This document shows positions 25,811 through 28,117 of a stretch of 28,117 nucleotides of DNA, one piece after another. The translations under genes were made by a program, and so were the position numbers. The notes under the pieces were generated by a model. The model had not been told where the DNA came from and did not search any database. It saw only the letters and a program-made list of their open reading frames with translations. This stretch comes from a virus (taxonomy: Duplodnaviria > Caudoviricetes): IMG/VR virus record IMGVR_UViG_3300023223_001032, positions 1-28,117 of that record; one strand, 5' to 3'. Numbering within the stretch: the stretch's first letter is position 1; every line of letters starts with the position of its first letter.

Positions 25811-26308
25811 ATGGGAAGAAAAGCAGAGACGTTTAAAATTAAAGATGGTTCAGGTAAGGAGCATTCAGTAGAGATCTATCAAATGTCTGTTACCGATAGT
25901 CTTCGGGTACAGTCTAGGTTGGCAAAGGTTTTTTCAGGGCCACTGTCCGGCTTTATGAAAGACCTTTTAGAAAAAGGCAAAGTAAAAAAATCAGTGGTAA
26001 CAGATGGTGAAAAGGCATTAATGATACTGCTTGAAAGTGATATCGATGTGCAAGGCATCGTCGGTAATATCTTCGAGAACATGGACGAAGATATTTTAAT
26101 CGATACTATGAAACTTATCTCATCCCAAATTATTGTTGACGGTATAAAAATGGACCTCCCAAATCTTGAATCATATGATAGCTTTGGAATCCCATTCATG
26201 TATAAAACAATTGGGAGGGCTTTGAAGGTTAATTACTCAAGTTTTTTCGTAGAGCTGCTCGGAAGCGGAGCAGACCAAGAAAAAAATCAGAAGCCATCAA
26301 AAGGGTAG
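25811..26308 (+). CDS. Tail assembly chaperone (gpG-like)
   Basis: Between tube and tape measure; NYSSFF segment carries a slippery site. Confidence 0.8.
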   Translation: MGRKAETFKIKDGSGKEHSVEIYQMSVTDSLRVQSRLAKVFSGPLSGFMKDLLEKGKVKKSVVTDGEKALMILLESDIDVQGIVGNIFENMDEDILIDTMKLISSQIIVDGIKMDLPNLESYDSFGIPFMYKTIGRALKVNYSSFFVELLGSGADQEKNQKPSKG

Positions 26309-26487
26309 ATGAACTAAAAAATATTGACGAGGACAGATTATCTATACTTAGACCTTTGTTAAGTGAAAATATTAGCGTAACACTCCAAGAAATCGAAACG
26401 TATTGGAGTATCGACGATTTAAATGATGTTACTGAGCTTTTAGACTATCAAGAAGATATCCAAATAGAACAAGAAAACAAAACATAG
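26242..26487 (+). CDS. -1 frame extension of the tail chaperone (gpT-like part of a G-T fusion)
   Basis: T TTT TTC at 26242-26248; -1 frame open to TAG 26485-26487, encodes ...TLQEIETYWSIDDLNDVTELLD... Confidence 0.75.
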   Translation, partial: FFRRAARKRSRPRKKSEAIKRVDELKNIDEDRLSILRPLLSENISVTLQEIETYWSIDDLNDVTELLDYQEDIQIEQENKT

Positions 26488-26500
26488 TATAATAAGTAAT

Positions 26501-28117
26501 ATGGCATTAACTGTTAGAGAATTGGTAACCAAAATCGGATTTGATGTCGATCAAAACGCTCTAAATCGTGCAGAAAAGTCGGTTCAAAACTTAAAAAGGA
26601 CATCCAAGCAAGTTGCAATTGCGTTTACATTGGCAGCAGCAAAGATTGGATTTTTCATAAATGAAGCTGCAAAGATGGAGCAGGTACAAGTATCATTCGA
26701 TGTTCTATTGGGAGGAGCTGATAAGGCTAAAAAGAAACTAGATGAACTATTTGAATTTGCGTTAAGAACGCCATTCACAATACCAGGAGTTTTAGACGGC
26801 GCAAAAACATTATTAGCGTATGGAATTGAGGCTGATAGTTTAATCGATACTTTGACCGCACTAGGAAATGTTGCGGCGGCATCTGGGGGAAGTCAAGTAT
26901 TTGGAAGGCTTGCGTTAGCTCTAGGTCAAGTTAAATCTAAAACTGTATTGCAAGGGCAGGAATTGAGACAATTTACAGAAAGTATGGTCGGATTACTTGA
27001 ACCGCTATCAAGAGTACTAGATGTATCTGAGGCTAAAGTTTTTAAGTTAATTGAGGCCAGAAAAGTATCATTTAATGACGTACAAAAAGCATTGAAATTG
27101 ATGACAACAGGATCAGGACGGTTTACGGATCTTATGATAAAGCAAAGTCGGACATTTAAAGGCTTAATTTCAAACTTAGGCGTTTTACTAACTTTGATTA
27201 GTGCCAAAATTGGTGAGTCATTATTACCAAGGGCAAAAGAGATAGCATCCCAATTTTTTGAGTGGGGAAAGGCTAATAGGGAGCTAATAAAAACTAGAGT
27301 AGTAAATTTTTTGTTTATATTGAGAGATTTTATGAGCGATATTTTAAAAATAGTAAAGTCTTTGATAAGAACATTCGTATTTTTATCAAAAGCAGTCGGT
27401 GGCGTAGAAAATGCCATAAAACTACTAATGGGCGCATTTGTTGCTTTATTTGCTTTACGAATCGTAACCGCCATAGGGGCAGTCACACTAGCAATTTTCG
27501 CAATGATGAAAGGCTTTATTGTGGCAAAAATAGCAACAACAGCTTATAGAATTGTTTTGACAAAGCTAGCAATTCAAGCTGGATTCACTTCAAATGCATT
27601 TAAACTTCTTGGAAATTCAGCTTTATTTGCACAAGCAAAATTATTGCTAATGCCTGTATTGATTGGCGTAGCCTTTGTTGTCTTGGCACTAATCATTGAC
27701 GATTTCATCAATTTTCTAGCAGGAAATGATTCAGTTATTGGTAAGTTCATAGATAAATTAGATGCTTTTATTGATAAAATTAAAATTGCTATTGCACTTG
27801 TTAGAAAGTTCTCTCCTTTTCAGACACCTGAAGAAGGTGGCGATGTAGCACAACCGGGATCAGTCGCACAAGCATTAGAAGGAACTCAGGAGCGACAACC
27901 GGGATCAGTCGCACAAGCATTAGGAGGAACCCAAGAAGCCAAACAAGCCAGAGAAAGTTTTATTCAAAATGCAGACCGATTCTTACGTTCTAGAATTTCT
28001 CGAAGGGAAGTAAGCGGTTTCGGGTTAGGATCACCAATTCGATCAGGTCTTTCTTCAAGAAACCAAAACAACAATATCAATATCAAAGTTGAGGCTCCTA
28101 TAACTATTGATGGTGCA
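26501..28117 (+). CDS. Tail tape measure protein, 3'-truncated by the window edge (not in ORF track)
   Basis: MALTVRELVTKIGFDVD...FDVLLGGADKAKKKLDELFEFALRTPF...LAYG; same frame at the last base of the window; hydrophobic central region. Confidence 0.92.
   Translation, partial: MALTVRELVTKIGFDVDQNALNRAEKSVQNLKRTSKQVAIAFTLAAAKIGFFINEAAKMEQVQVSFDVLLGGADKAKKKLDELFEFALRTPFTIPGVLDGAKTLLAYGIEADSLIDTLTALGNVAAASGGSQVFGRLALALGQVKSKTVLQGQELRQFTESMVGLLEPLSRVLDVSEAKVFKLIEARKVSFNDVQKALKLMTTGSGRFTDLMIKQSRTFKGLISNLGVLLTLISAKIGESLLPRAKEIASQFFEWGKANRELIKTRVVNFLFILRDFMSDILKIVKSLIRTFVFLSKAVGGVENAIKLLMGAFVALFALRIVTAIGAVTLAIFAMMKGFIVAKIATTAYRIVLTKLAIQAGFTSNAFKLLGNSALFAQAKLLLMPVLIGVAFVVLALIIDDFINFLAGNDSVIGKFIDKLDAFIDKIKIAIALVRKFSPFQTPEEGGDVAQPGSVAQALEGTQERQPGSVAQALGGTQEAKQARESFIQNADRFLRSRISRREVSGFGLGSPIRSGLSSRNQNNNINIKVEAPITIDGA
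27850..27937 (+). repeat. 45-bp in-frame tandem duplication in the tape measure gene
   Basis: ACAACCGGGATCAGTCGCACAAGCATTAG at 27850-27878 and 27895-27923; QPGSVAQAL(E/G)GTQE x2. Confidence 0.9.

Larger units (their letters stand above)
1..28117 (+). mobile_element. Tailed bacteriophage/prophage segment (contractile tail): packaging, head, neck and tail modules plus accessory genes
   Basis: Co-oriented terS-terL-portal-MuF-protease/scaffold-capsid-neck-sheath-tube-chaperone-tape measure order; no host housekeeping genes. Confidence 0.97.

Noticed and set aside
184-27486. All minus-strand ORFs in the track and short alternative-frame plus-strand ORFs (e.g. 12456, 13263, 25374)
   Set aside because: They overlap well-supported plus-strand genes or structured intergenic DNA and show no recognisable motifs; they are shadow ORFs
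1-28117. Alternative genetic code (TGA or TAG reassignment)
   Set aside because: Long genes are intact in code 11, and TGA/TAG stops coincide with coupled downstream starts

Overview
AT-rich segment of a tailed phage or prophage with a contractile (myovirus-type) tail. All credible genes are on the + strand. Gene order: (i) 0.6-5.8 kb, a cluster of beta-rich, probably virion-decorating or receptor-binding proteins; (ii) 5.83-6.18 kb, a structured intergenic region with a perfect 19-bp hairpin and two tandem promoter + GC-hairpin units; (iii) a ParB-N-like gene and a first string of small accessory genes (SPFH-like, HTH, YopX); (iv) terS, terL, DUF1073-type portal and MuF/gp7 head protein; (v) a ~4.4-kb accessory island splitting the head module, with RHH, pentapeptide-repeat, Fis-like HTH, HD-like and Cys-rich genes whose junctions carry several families of short direct repeats; (vi) DUF2213-type protease/scaffold, decoration protein, DUF2184-type major capsid, neck genes, DUF3383-type sheath, tube, tail chaperone with a -1 frameshift, and a tape measure gene running off the window end. 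Most notable: a 94-aa domain ~60% identical between the capsid decoration protein and the tail sheath, the repeat-delimited cassette structure of the island, and the twin promoter-hairpin units. Family names come from recognised motifs and synteny, not from database searches. No tRNA, rRNA, CRISPR array, integrase or lysis gene was seen.
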